Below are positions 1 through 10,178 of a DNA stretch of 64,000 bases, piece by piece. The position numbers and the translations under genes were made by a program. The DNA lies in NCBI GenBank assembly GCA_963794325.1, contig CAWCDG010000004.1, positions 96,001-160,000 of the forward strand. The letters are read 5' to 3'. The notes under the pieces are model-generated. The model searched no databases. It was given only the letters and a program-made list of their open reading frames with translations, and was not told the origin of the DNA. The first letter of the stretch is position 1; every line of letters starts with the position of its first letter. This DNA comes from an uncultured delta proteobacterium. GTDB taxonomy: Bacteria; Desulfobacterota; Binatia; Binatales; Binataceae.

Positions 1-1072
1 GCTGATCGGTGGTCACCGGCAGCGGCGTCGGCGACGACTGGTCGGTGCAACTCGACACCGGGATGAAATCTACGGCTTGGCTATTCGGCTCGAGTGCGAT
101 GGTCTGCGTCGGACCGCCGTTGTTCTGCAAGCCCGCCGGGTCCAGATTCAGCGTCGTGCTGTTGTTGATGCTGGTGCCCGTCGGCGCCATCGTGAATCCG
201 CAGCTATCATCATCCGAGATGTTGTAACCATCGTCGGTAACGGTTCCAAAGAACGTATCGCAATTACCGCCGCCCCCCTTGCTGTTGGCAAGCAGGGTGC
301 TGCGCATGCTGGTGATCGCCGGATTCATGAACACACTAAGTGAGGAGAGCACTGCGCCCTCGCCCGCGTCGTTCCCGGAGAAGGTAGTGTTGGTGGTAGT
401 CAGGGTTCCGGTGTCGTTGAAGATGGCGCCGCCCTCACCAGCCGAGGGTATGCCCATAATGAGGGGCGGGCCGGACTGGGCAGTATTGTCTGCGAACGTG
501 CTGTTAATGATCGTAACTGTCCCGCCATTCATAAAAATCGCGCCGCCAGCGCCAGCGCCTGCACTCGCTCCTCCGGCGGTGTTATCGATGAAAGTGCAAT
601 TCTCGATCTCCAGATTCGTCAGGTCCTCATATATCGCGCCGCCGTAGGCCATCGGGGCTCCTACGATTCCGTCGGCAAGCGTCAGGTTCTCAAGCGTGAG
701 ATTCGTGGCGCCGACCGTTACAATCTGGGTCGCGTTGCCGCCACTGATTGTGATTCCCGGTGAACCAGCAGATCCCATGATTGCCAGTTGCGTGTCGGTG
801 ATGTTCAGCGTGGCGGCGATGGCGATCGTGCCGGTCACGCTGAATTCTATCGTATCGTTGTTAGAGCTCCCCGCGGTGCACGAGCTCCCGCTGGGCGCAG
901 CTTGGTTGTTGGCCGATTTGACCGCATCCTCCAGCGTGCACTCGCCAGCAACGTGTCCCGCAGACGTCGTATCGACGGTGATAGTGGCCGCTCGCGCCAT
1001 CGCCGACATCAGCAGGAAGAAGAGTGGAAACGTAACTGCCGCGAGCGTGTAGCGCCGATTTCGAGCTGCCAT
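1..1072 (-). CDS. Secreted CSLREA-like / choice-of-anchor Q beta-helix protein, 3' end runs off window
   Basis: Not in ORF track (no stop in window). Hand translation from ATG 1072: MAARNRRYTLAAVTFPLFFLLMSAMARA-ATITVDTT...GGAI repeats...GYNISDD...LQNNGGPTQTIAL...TTDQ. RBS GGAGGGG. Paralog of 1265-2815. Confidence 0.85.
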   Translation of the reverse strand, partial: MAARNRRYTLAAVTFPLFFLLMSAMARAATITVDTTSAGHVAGECTLEDAVKSANNQAAPSGSSCTAGSSNNDTIEFSVTGTIAIAATLNITDTQLAIMGSAGSPGITISGGNATQIVTVGATNLTLENLTLADGIVGAPMAYGGAIYEDLTNLEIENCTFIDNTAGGASAGAGAGGAIFMNGGTVTIINSTFADNTAQSGPPLIMGIPSAGEGGAIFNDTGTLTTTNTTFSGNDAGEGAVLSSLSVFMNPAITSMRSTLLANSKGGGGNCDTFFGTVTDDGYNISDDDSCGFTMAPTGTSINNSTTLNLDPAGLQNNGGPTQTIALEPNSQAVDFIPVSSCTDQSSPTPLPVTTDQ

Positions 1073-1264
1073 GGACCCCTCCCACGGCGCTTGGCGCCGC
1101 GTTAGCAACCGATCATCTGAACCTACTAGGCGGACAGCCTCTCAGAACAACTATCGACCGTCAACCAACCGCAGACGGAACCGCTCGTCCGTCGATTTGT
1201 TCGCGGCGATCGGCAATCGCAATCTTCCTGTTCGGCGAAGAACGCTGACCAAATCGAAGCTCCT

Positions 1265-2815
1265 TTAGCGCCGCCGCACCCGCCGGACGCCGTGGCCCGG
1301 TATCGGAATCTGATTGCCGACGATCGCGTTGGTGATGTCGAAGCATTGCTGACCGCCGTCGCCATTAAACAGAACCAGCGAAAACGGGCCATCGCCTAAA
1401 AGCATGGAATCGATGCCTGCGATCTCCAGGTTGAGAGTCCACTCACCGCACGCCGGAGGCGCTGGCTTCGGCAGTTCGACCATTCGGGCAGATACGGTTC
1501 CCGCCGGGGGAAACGAACCGAAAAGAGTTCCGTAGCTCTCTTTGTTGACCGTGTGCACTACCCAGGAACGCAGAAAGAATGCGATAGACCCATTCTCGAC
1601 CGCACAGGTTCCTGATACAAAAACCACAAAGAAGCCGTTGAATGCATCGGTGCCCTCGTCGCACGTCGGGAAACCATTCTCGATGAAGGTAAACGCGGTG
1701 TTGATCTGATCTAAACCTGGTGGATTCGTAGAGCGCGCTATCTGCAACCTTTCGCTGTTCGGCGCGATTGCGAAAGGCATCGTCGTCAATTCGAATGCGC
1801 CGGCGTCGCAGAAGTTGGGATTGCCCGGATCGGGCCGTGGCAGCCCGCGCTGATCGGTGGTCAGCGGTTGCGGCATTGCCGATTGGTCGGTGCAACTCGC
1901 CACCGGAATGAAATCCACCGCCCCGCTGTCGGATTCGAGCGCGATTGTCTTCGTCGGCCCGCCGTTGTTCTGCAATCCCGTAGGATCCAGATTCAGGTTG
2001 GAGAAATTATTTTTGCTCGTAGCTGCGCTGAAGCAGCCACTCGTGTCATCGGAAAGGTTATAGCCCTCATCGTTGGTAACGGCTGAGGTCCCACAATTTC
2101 CGCCGGTACTGGCCGCGAAGATCGTGCTCTTGACGTCGGTGGTTCCGCTGAACGTGTAAAGTGCTCCGCCCTTCACCGCTTCGTTCCCGGAGAAGGTGCT
2201 GTTGGTGATCTTCAGGAGGGAACCGGCGTTACCGACGCCGCCACCCTCCAAAGTGCCATCATTGCTGGCAAAAGTGCTGTTCGTGATTGTGACGGTACCG
2301 GCTGACGCCTCGACTGCCCCACCAATCTCACCTGCGTCGTTGTTGTTGAAGGTGCAATTGTCAATCTCGAGCGCGGTCCCATCGCCATCAATGGCGCCAC
2401 CGCCGCCTGAGGTGGACCCGTGGGCGAACGTCAGGTTTGTCAGAGTGACCGTGGTGCCCGTGTCAGCTTTCACTATCTCGTGAGAGCTGCTGCCGTCGAT
2501 CGTGATGCCGCCAGCCGGACCCGTGATAGTCAGTTGTGTGTCGGTTATGTCGAGCAGGGCAGCGGTCGAGATCGTACCGGTCACGCTGAAGGTTATCGCG
2601 TTAGCACCGCTCCCCGCGATGCAGTTCTTGACCGTCCCACCTGCGTTTGCCGCTGCGACCGCGTCAGTCAGGCTGCACGGGCCTGGAACACTCTCGGTAC
2701 CGCCGTCGAGCGTATTAACCACGATAGAGGCAGCGCGCGCGAACCCCGACATCGCGAGGAACAAAACCGGCAGCACGATTGCTGCAATCGCAACGCTTCG
2801 AATTCGATCTGCCAT
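1265..2815 (-). CDS. Secreted CSLREA-like / choice-of-anchor Q beta-helix protein
   Basis: Signal peptide, IVVNT..D..CSLTDAV N-terminus, GGAI/NxTFxxN repeats, LQNNGGPTKTIAL...DQRG..R...CDAGAFE motif; start at ATG 2815 after GGAGGGG. Confidence 0.85.
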   Translation of the reverse strand: MADRIRSVAIAAIVLPVLFLAMSGFARAASIVVNTLDGGTESVPGPCSLTDAVAAANAGGTVKNCIAGSGANAITFSVTGTISTAALLDITDTQLTITGPAGGITIDGSSSHEIVKADTGTTVTLTNLTFAHGSTSGGGGAIDGDGTALEIDNCTFNNNDAGEIGGAVEASAGTVTITNSTFASNDGTLEGGGVGNAGSLLKITNSTFSGNEAVKGGALYTFSGTTDVKSTIFAASTGGNCGTSAVTNDEGYNLSDDTSGCFSAATSKNNFSNLNLDPTGLQNNGGPTKTIALESDSGAVDFIPVASCTDQSAMPQPLTTDQRGLPRPDPGNPNFCDAGAFELTTMPFAIAPNSERLQIARSTNPPGLDQINTAFTFIENGFPTCDEGTDAFNGFFVVFVSGTCAVENGSIAFFLRSWVVHTVNKESYGTLFGSFPPAGTVSARMVELPKPAPPACGEWTLNLEIAGIDSMLLGDGPFSLVLFNGDGGQQCFDITNAIVGNQIPIPGHGVRRVRRR

Positions 2816-2972
2816 GGACCCCTCCCCGCGGCGCGTATAGCCGCGTTGGCAAATTTCGGCCGGTAAGCTGCCCTTAGAGCGTTCGGCACAATCTCGCATC
2901 GCGTCAAGCTACTGTCAATTTACAATGTACAGAGGAAGACAAACCGGCACGAAACTGCACTGGGGAAGAGTG

Positions 2973-3539
2973 TCAGCCGCGGCTGCGTGAGGCGCGGGCG
3001 CGGGCGACGATTTCCTCGACGACTGCGGTCTTGGCGTCGGCGTAGTTCTGCACGTATTTCCAGGTACGTTGCGCCAGCTCGCGCTTGGCACGCTCGTAGA
3101 GTTTCCGGTCCGCATCGTTGACGCGCAGCCAGTCGCGGAACATCAGCATCTTGTCCATCTCGGGGCATCCGAACGAATAGACGTGCAGATTGATGTTGGT
3201 GTCGGGGCCTTTGAAAAGCCGATGCTGATGCCATTCGGGCTCGCGGATGCGGAGCACGTAGCCCGCTGACTCCATCGCAGGCACGTATGCCGGTTCGTCG
3301 GCAGAATCCGCGACCGCGAGAATCATATCGATGATGGGCTTGGCGGCGAGCCCTGGCACCGAGGTCGATCCGACATGCTCGAGCATCAGGACGCGGTCGC
3401 CGAGCGTCCCGCGGATGCGATCCGCCTCGCGAATGAAGAGCGCAGGCCATTCAGCGCTGTACTCGACCAGCTGAATCGGCGCGTTATGCTCCCGCATCTC
3501 GCCGATGTGCGCCGCCCGCATCTCTTCTTCAGTAGCCAC
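2973..3539 (-). CDS. GrpB/UPF0157 family nucleotidyltransferase-fold protein
   Basis: EHVGSTSVPGLAAKPIID, NLHV, FRDWLR, Y...K..LA, Y.DAK motifs. Confidence 0.9.
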   Translation of the reverse strand: MATEEEMRAAHIGEMREHNAPIQLVEYSAEWPALFIREADRIRGTLGDRVLMLEHVGSTSVPGLAAKPIIDMILAVADSADEPAYVPAMESAGYVLRIREPEWHQHRLFKGPDTNINLHVYSFGCPEMDKMLMFRDWLRVNDADRKLYERAKRELAQRTWKYVQNYADAKTAVVEEIVARARASRSRG

Positions 3540-3723
3540 GTTTGGTTAACCTCGACTCATCGCCTGACAGCGATCAGCAAGACTCTAAACTCAGATCGTG
3601 CGGATTTAAACGCCACCTCCCGGGTGAACCTTGCTTGAGGAGTGCTGGGCCTGTAAAACAGTCGGCGCTGACGAATTTTTTCTTCTGCTCTGGGTCGGCT
3701 CATGGCTTCTGAGGAGGGATCGG

Positions 3724-4482
3724 ATGCGACGGTTGGTTCTCGTGCTCGTGATCGTTTCGATCGCCAGCGCGGCGTCCGGTTACGAATATCCTCTGCAGTT
3801 CAGTACGCCTGCGGGCGGTCGTAATACCTTCGTTGCTGGATACTACTTCGTAAACAACACCGTTGTCGGCGATTGCAGCTACTACACGCAGGGCGGATGT
3901 TCCGGGCGCGGCTGCCATCCACCGCCGCCCACCTACTACTACAACACCTGCACCTGGGATCTGTACGGCAACCTGCTGAGCACGGTCAGCGGCGCGCCAC
4001 CACAACCTGCTCCGCTGTATACGGTGAACACTGAGACCGTTTATGCCAGCGGCTTCAGCACCACGGGGCGCGACAGCAGAAATTTCGGATTCGTCGCAAC
4101 GCCGTCGTCTCACTACACCTGGCAGACCAACAACGTGTATGCCGACATTCCCGACGCGCCTTACATGGTCCAGGCCACTCTCACTATTGACGGCGACTAC
4201 GCGCTCAACCTGAGCAACGCCACAGTGACGCCGCAAATTTACGGGACGGTAACGCCTAGCGCAGGCAGCGCGAGTGTCACCGGGAACACGTGCCAACAGG
4301 TATTTCCGGGTGCGACGTGCACGATCACGGTCACCTACGATCCAACCGCGATTATGTGCACGGCATCGCCGTACGGCTACGCCTACACCGGGATCGATCT
4401 TTCATTGACTACGGATTCGGGCGCGACCACGGATTTCATCGAGCGCTTCACGGTGACGGGCGTACCGATCTGCAACGATTGA
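3724..4482 (+). CDS. Secreted Cys-containing hypothetical protein with C-terminal Ig-like (ASH-like) domain
   Basis: GAGGAGG RBS before ATG 3724; signal peptide MRRLVLVLVIVSIASAASG; GNTC..FPGATCTITVTYDP. Confidence 0.7.
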   Translation: MRRLVLVLVIVSIASAASGYEYPLQFSTPAGGRNTFVAGYYFVNNTVVGDCSYYTQGGCSGRGCHPPPPTYYYNTCTWDLYGNLLSTVSGAPPQPAPLYTVNTETVYASGFSTTGRDSRNFGFVATPSSHYTWQTNNVYADIPDAPYMVQATLTIDGDYALNLSNATVTPQIYGTVTPSAGSASVTGNTCQQVFPGATCTITVTYDPTAIMCTASPYGYAYTGIDLSLTTDSGATTDFIERFTVTGVPICND

Positions 4483-4485
4483 GCT

Positions 4486-6805
4486 ATGAATCGGCATAAG
4501 AATAGATTCGCTGCCCTCTTGCTCGTTGTGATTTTGCCGATCGCAATCGTTGGAGCGGACCGGGGTTGTATTTGCCAGGACTGCTGTGGAATTCCAGCCG
4601 CGGAAGATACTCAGCTTCGGGAACGTCAATGTGGGCGCCACGAGTTCTCAGCAGACAGAGACCATGACCAATCTGTCCGCCACGACCGCGATCGTTATAA
4701 AGGGCATTGCGGTGGCGCCGCCGTTCATCGAGGTTGGTACTACCTGTGGCAGCTCGATCCCGGCCAAAGGCAAATGCTCCGTGAGCATCGTTTTCAAGCC
4801 AGCCAGCGCCGGAATGATAAAGAAGAAGAAAGGACTGAGCCTCAGCTATTCCGCGCAAAGGGGCACGCAATACATCGAACTCGAAGGTCGCGGAGTAATC
4901 GGGCCGACCTCGACACCAACGGCAACTCCGACAGCAACTCCGACGGCTACGCCGACTCCTACTGCGACTTCGACCGCGACCCCAACGGCAACGCCGACCG
5001 ATACCGAAGACGGCACTCCGAAACCAACCCCGACGGCAACCGCGACTGCAACCGCTACCACCACTGCGACTGCAACGGCCACGTCGACGGCGCCAACCGC
5101 GACGCCCACCCCTTCACTGACCGGCCTGTTGATCGGGGGCGGCGATCAGGGCGGCCAGCTTGGTGGATTGAGCCTTGCGAATTCGGCGATATCGAGCGGC
5201 GGCGCGCAAGTCTTCGACGCCGGCCTCGGCAGCTTCGAGTCCGTGGGCAGCATGACCGCTGCGCGGGAATCGGCGGCGATAGTTGAGCTGCCGAACAATA
5301 CCAGCCTGATCGTCGGCGGTCAGAAATGCATCCCCGCCACTATCAGCAGCGTCTCCGGCTTTGAATGCACGGCGCTGCAGACCGCTGAGCTCTACAACCG
5401 GAACACGAAGACATTCACGCTCGCCGGCAGCGGCAGCGGCGGATTGATGACATTGGCGCGCGCCGGCGCGAGCGCGACTCTGATTCAGGGCAGCGGTACG
5501 TTGCTGGACGGGCAAGTGCTGATCGTTGGCGGATCGACCGGGCAATCGTTCATCGGTACCTCGTCGCCCGCAAACGCGCCCGCGGGGCAGGTCGCCGTGG
5601 ACACCGCTGAGTTGTACAACCCGGCGACCGACGCTTTCACTGCGACCGGCTCGATTCCGGGATGCGCGCCGGGCGTGGCGGTATGCGCGGGCCTGCCTTC
5701 GGTATGCGCGGGGGCTTCGAGCGCGATCTCGTCGACGTCGGAGAGCGGAACGACGGTAACCGTCACCATGACAACGGCTAATCCGGCCGGACTAAGCGTC
5801 GGCAACAGCGTGACGATCGCCGGCGTCGGTGTCGCTGGATACAACGGGACCTTCACCGCAACTGCGATCGGAAGCGCAAGCAGCTTCCAATACGTGGCGG
5901 CGGCGTCTGGATTGGGAGGAAGCTCCGGCGGAACGGCGGCCGCGGACACGGCGCAGTGCGGTTTGATGAATCATGCGGCGGTGCTTATCCCGAATGATGG
6001 CGGCAAGGTGTTGGTGGCGGGCGGCGATTTGATTGCGTCGCTTGGCCAGGCATCGAACCTGTCGTTCATCTTCGACCCGGCAACGCAGAAGTTCTCGGCC
6101 ACGACAGGCTCGATGGGAACACCGCGCGAACAGTTCGCGCTGGTCGCGATGGATCCGGCAGTGGTGACGGGAGCGCTGTCAGGACAGGTAGTGGCGTTCG
6201 GCGGAATCGAGGCGAACAGCGCGACCTGCATCAGCGGCGATATAGCAGCGACCACGCTTGATACTGCCGAAGTATTCGACCCGGCGACGCAGACGTGGAG
6301 CGGAACTTCGAATGTGATGGGCATCAGGCGCGCGACGGCGGCAACTCTGCTCGAGGTCGGCAGTCTTGCGGGCGAGGTTATCCTGCCCGGCGGCCTCGAT
6401 ATCGAAGCGGGCACGTTGCCGTCGAGCTGTGTCGCGACAGGATCGCTAACGCAGGCCGCGCAGAATGCGACCGACCTTTACGATCCGGGCAGTGGGACAG
6501 GCGGCACTTTCAGTGCGACGGGTTCGCTCAATCAGCCACGAGGGGGTCAAAGCCAGGGCATGATCGGAGCGGGCCCCGACGCGACCGACGTACTGGCAGT
6601 CGGCGGTGCCTGCACGACCGCAACGCCGGGTATGCAGTCGGCGGTCATTGGCACGTCGCAGGCGACGCTAACCTGCGGCACCGCAAACGCACAAAACGAT
6701 TACTCGGAGTTCTACAGCCAGTCGACCAAGCTATGGACAGTAGGCCCCGGCCCCGCCGCCGCCTTCACCCCCACCAACGGCGCAGCCACAGCAGCGTTGC
6801 CGTAA
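4486..6805 (+). CDS. Secreted surface protein: Ig-like (choice-of-anchor D-like) domain, Thr/Pro linker, Kelch/galactose-oxidase-like propeller; frameshift near 4555
   Basis: Signal peptide in 4486 frame joins the 4550 frame; LSFGNVNVG...C...C.VSIVFKP; TPTAT repeats; repeated AELYNP/AEVFDP and VLIVGG motifs. Confidence 0.75.
4905..5112 (+). repeat. Coding low-complexity (TPTA)n/(TA)n linker
   Basis: PTSTPTATPTATPTATPTPTATSTATPTATPT...TATATATATTTATATAT, degenerate at third codon positions. Confidence 0.85.
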
Positions 6806-6927
6806 TCAAATCCCCGCCGCGCTCCAGGAGTCCGCAGAACTGATGCTCGCCGACAGGCTCGATGTCGTCCTCCTCGGTCCCGTTGCCATTTGTCGCAACC
6901 CGCAGCGAAGCCGATTTGATCCGACTT

Positions 6928-7713
6928 TCATCGCAGAAGAATGCCGCCCGGTCGAAGCAGCTTGAACCGCTCGATCATCCTCTTTTCTCGCGACGCGAGC
7001 CCGCCGACAAGCAGAGCCATTATCAAATATTCGAGGTCAAGGAGTTCGTGCATCAGCTTTTCGAGGCTCGGCTGGATCTTAACTCCATAACTGGCAAAAA
7101 AGTCGAGCCCAGCGAGTAGCTGAACTTGAATCCATCGAAAGAATGCCCACTGCTCATCGATCAGCTCTGGTTCAGGCCAAGGAGGAACTCGGTGATTTCT
7201 ATAGAATCCTCGGATGTCTTCGCGATCGTCGCGAATTTGCAGTGACAGTTCGCGCACTCTGTTGGACATTTCGGTCTGGGGTGCATCGTTGAACGCTGGG
7301 AGAGTTTTGAAGTCGCGCCAAATCGCGATCATGTCATCGAGTCTCTTCTCAAACTCCACCGTCCTTCCACTAGCGATCTCTTTGGTCTAACTGTCTAGCT
7401 CAAAAAAACGTCCGCCTTCACGGAGTTTCGGATTGAGAGTGACCCTCTTCCCCACGAGAACCTGCGACGCGGGCCTAAGTTTCTGTGCTTCCGCTCGGAA
7501 CATCTCACCGATTCCGGGAAGTAGTATCAGACTCTTTTCGATGCTTTTGAGCTTAACGAGGTTCGCAAGCCTCCACTCGTCCCACTTTCGAAAATGCTCG
7601 TACCAAAAAGCATCGACGATACCGAATATCCATCCGTTCTGGACGTAATAGCGCAACTGCGCCGGGCTCACGCCTTGTAGGAAACTCTTATCCAGCACCA
7701 CGAAGGACCGCAT
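6928..7713 (-). pseudogene. PIN-like hypothetical protein interrupted by one in-frame TAG (7387-7389)
   Basis: ORFs 7387..7749 and 6928..7359 are in the same frame: ...GAC AGT TAG ACC AAA GAG...; VVLDKSFL at N-terminus and DLEYLIMAL..GGLASRE at C-terminus; visibly more AT-rich than flanks. Confidence 0.55.
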
Positions 7714-7857
7714 GGGTCCACTGGTTGCCTCAATGTTGAAAAAAATCACGGCTCGCGAGCGAAACGATGACTCAATCAGACGAATTCCAAATCTGAGACA
7801 ATCCTAGGCTCGCCCACAGCAAGAGCGGACGGCTGCTTGGTTTAATCAAATCGGGGA

Positions 7858-8937
7858 TCAGCCGCCGATTTGGTACATCGAGCGGTCTTGGGTTGAGCGG
7901 CCTTCCAGGAGGTGGTGGCCGGTGGGCTTTAGTTCGACGGCGCGTTTCAGGATTCGTGCGACGTCGGCGATCACATCAGCCGAATTCGAGCGCAGCGCTT
8001 TGCGGACGTCGAGCTCGTCGTCGTTGAGCAGGCACAGGTGGAATTTTCCGTCGGCCGTCAGGCGCATCCGGTTGCAGGTGCCGCAGTACGGCTCGCTGAC
8101 CGGGCTGATGAAACCGATCACGCCGCGCGCGCCCTCGAGATGATAGTTGCGCGATTCGTCGGCGAGGTTTTCGGTGGGGAGTTCAGTCAGCGGGCCGAGT
8201 GCCGACTCGATTCTGCGCCGCGTTTCGATGTTCGAGACGTAACGCTTCATCGACAACGTCGCGCATTCGCCGCCGCCCAGCGGCATCAGCTCGATAAATC
8301 GGACGTGCCAGTCGCGCTCGACGGTCAGCCGTGCGAGTTCGACGACATCGGATTCGTTGTAGCCGGCAGTCACCACCGAGTTGAGCTTAATCGGCGTGAG
8401 TCCCGCCTCTTCCGCCGCGACGATTCCGCGCCAGATTTTCTCGAAGCTGCCCCATCGCATCTGCCGCTCGACGGTCGCGGGATCCAGGCTGTCGAGATGC
8501 ACATTGATACGATTCAGGCCTGCGCGTTTAAGCGCGGGCGCAAGCTCGGTGAGCAGCAGCGCGTTGGTGGTCAGCGCCAGGCCGTGAACGCCGTCCACCC
8601 GCGCGAGGCGCTCGACGATCTCTACCAGGTCAAGCCGCAGCGTCGGCTCGCCGCCGGTCAGCCGAAATTTCCGAAAGCCAACGCTGACTGCGGCGCGCGC
8701 GACGGTCTCGAACTCCGCCGGCGTCAACAGCTCGTCCTTCGGCAGGAAGCGCAAGCCTTCGAGCGGCATGCAGTAGACGCATCGCAGATTGCATGCGTCG
8801 ATCACCGACAGCCGGAGGTAATCTATCTCACGATTGAACGAGTCGCGGGGCACAAGAACATAGTTATCGGACGCGCCTGCGCGAAACAACGTGGCGCCGG
8901 CGAAGCGCTCAATCTTGCCAATTTGCTCGCGGCGCAT
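7858..8937 (-). CDS. moaA: GTP 3',8-cyclase MoaA (radical SAM)
   Basis: YLRLSVIDACNLRCVYC, LTGGEP, CGTCNRMRLTADG..HLC, C-terminal MYQIGG; exact start uncertain. Confidence 0.95.
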   Translation of the reverse strand: MRREQIGKIERFAGATLFRAGASDNYVLVPRDSFNREIDYLRLSVIDACNLRCVYCMPLEGLRFLPKDELLTPAEFETVARAAVSVGFRKFRLTGGEPTLRLDLVEIVERLARVDGVHGLALTTNALLLTELAPALKRAGLNRINVHLDSLDPATVERQMRWGSFEKIWRGIVAAEEAGLTPIKLNSVVTAGYNESDVVELARLTVERDWHVRFIELMPLGGGECATLSMKRYVSNIETRRRIESALGPLTELPTENLADESRNYHLEGARGVIGFISPVSEPYCGTCNRMRLTADGKFHLCLLNDDELDVRKALRSNSADVIADVARILKRAVELKPTGHHLLEGRSTQDRSMYQIGG

Positions 8938-8973
8938 ATTATCATTGGTACCGTGGTGAACAGTGGTGGGAAC

Positions 8974-9630
8974 ATGATTTGTAGATTGGTCGGGAAGTCG
9001 CGATTGAGCCTGGCGCTCGCGATCGCGATCGTTTCATTGAGCGTTCTGGCGATGGAACCGTTGAGCTACGCCGCCGAATCCAATCGCGCGGAGTCTGACG
9101 CAGTCGTAACCGAGGCGGAAAAGCTGGTGATGCAAGCCGGCAAAGCCGATCCGGTCGACTCGAAATTGATTCACCAGGCGATTGACAAGCTGCATGTCGC
9201 GCTGAAAATCGATCCACGCAACGACGCGGCATACGTGGACCTCGGCTTCTGCTACGGGGTGCTGCGCGACGGCGAAACCGCGGTCGATATGTATCGTACC
9301 GCGACCGAGCTGAATCCGTCGGGCAACAATTTCATCGAACTGGCGGACATTTATATGCGCGTCGGCGACACCGAAGACGCGCTGCTCGCGGCCAATGCCG
9401 GACTGATCAAGGATCCTTCCAACGCGCGGCTCTACAACGCCAAAGGCATGGCGCTGAACGACTTGCAGCGTTTCGGCGAAGCCGAAGAAGCGTGGGAGGA
9501 GGCTCTCAAGCTGAACCCCAACCTGAAAGTCGCACAGGCAAATCTGGAAGCATTAAACGCCGGACCCAGCGGCCGCGGCAGCATCAGCAAGCATTCGGCC
9601 AAAGCGCCGGCATCCAGCACGACGCAGTAG
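8974..9630 (+). CDS. Secreted tetratricopeptide repeat protein
   Basis: Signal peptide from ATG 8974; TPR patterns (ALKIDP..AYVDLG, ALKLNP..AQANL). Confidence 0.85.
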   Translation: MICRLVGKSRLSLALAIAIVSLSVLAMEPLSYAAESNRAESDAVVTEAEKLVMQAGKADPVDSKLIHQAIDKLHVALKIDPRNDAAYVDLGFCYGVLRDGETAVDMYRTATELNPSGNNFIELADIYMRVGDTEDALLAANAGLIKDPSNARLYNAKGMALNDLQRFGEAEEAWEEALKLNPNLKVAQANLEALNAGPSGRGSISKHSAKAPASSTTQ

Positions 9631-9647
9631 AAAGCCTCAACCAAATG

Positions 9648-9721
9648 CGGGGCTGCTCGCCCCGCACCCTCGGCAGGGGTGACCTCCTTCGGCTTCGCTC
9701 AGGACAGGCTCTGCACCCAGT
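9648..9721. repeat. REP-like palindromic element containing a nested 25-bp insert
   Basis: GCAGGGGTGACCT[CCTTCGGCTTCGCTCAGGACAGGCT]CTGCACCCAGT between convergent genes; uninterrupted relative at 45963-45986. Confidence 0.55.
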
Positions 9722-9738
9722 ATTCGGAAACGAGGGAT

Positions 9739-10074
9739 TTAGCCGCCGGTGATCGGACGCTCGGGCTCCGCGACGCAATATGCGCATCGGCAGAGACTCC
9801 TCAGTTGCGGCATCGTGTAGATAGTCTCGTGACCGTCAACCCATCCGATGAAAACCGCCGCTTCGCCCAGCCGCGAAAGCTGGCGCATCCGCATCGACGC
9901 GGGCGGCACGTCGCCGCTCACGTTGCCCTTGCATGCGTCGCACATACATCCGCGGCGCAAATTTTCCAGCGGGAAGATGCTGTCGTGACCGTCGACCCAT
10001 TGCACGCCGACGGCATAACGCCCCACTTCGTGCAGCCCTTTGATCTTCGGAGACTTTGACTTGATTAGCGCCAT
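9739..10074 (-). CDS. DUF971 / GBBH-like N-terminal domain protein (tandem Zn-binding repeats)
   Basis: Two repeats of WVDGH.....LR..CxCxxC; VGRYAV. Confidence 0.8.
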   Translation of the reverse strand: MALIKSKSPKIKGLHEVGRYAVGVQWVDGHDSIFPLENLRRGCMCDACKGNVSGDVPPASMRMRQLSRLGEAAVFIGWVDGHETIYTMPQLRSLCRCAYCVAEPERPITGG

Positions 10075-10178
10075 CGGTGCAGTCTTTCGTTAAGTATATC
10101 TGCCGCGCCTCCGGGTGTGGAGATGTTATTTTCGGCTACTGCTTTTATAAACCTCGTTCAGGAAAGGAGACTCGAACC

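Noticed and set aside
4905-5112. CRISPR-like or VNTR array
   Set aside because: Degenerate coding Thr/Pro/Ala linker with no constant repeat-spacer structure and no cas genes
7387-7389. Pyrrolysine or amber recoding
   Set aside because: TAG acts as a normal stop in many genes here (for example nuoA, nuoC, nuoD) and no pyl genes are in the window
8038-8973. 530-aa ORF with a long N-terminal extension on the TPR protein
   Set aside because: The extension is the antisense shadow of moaA; the signal peptide starts at 8974
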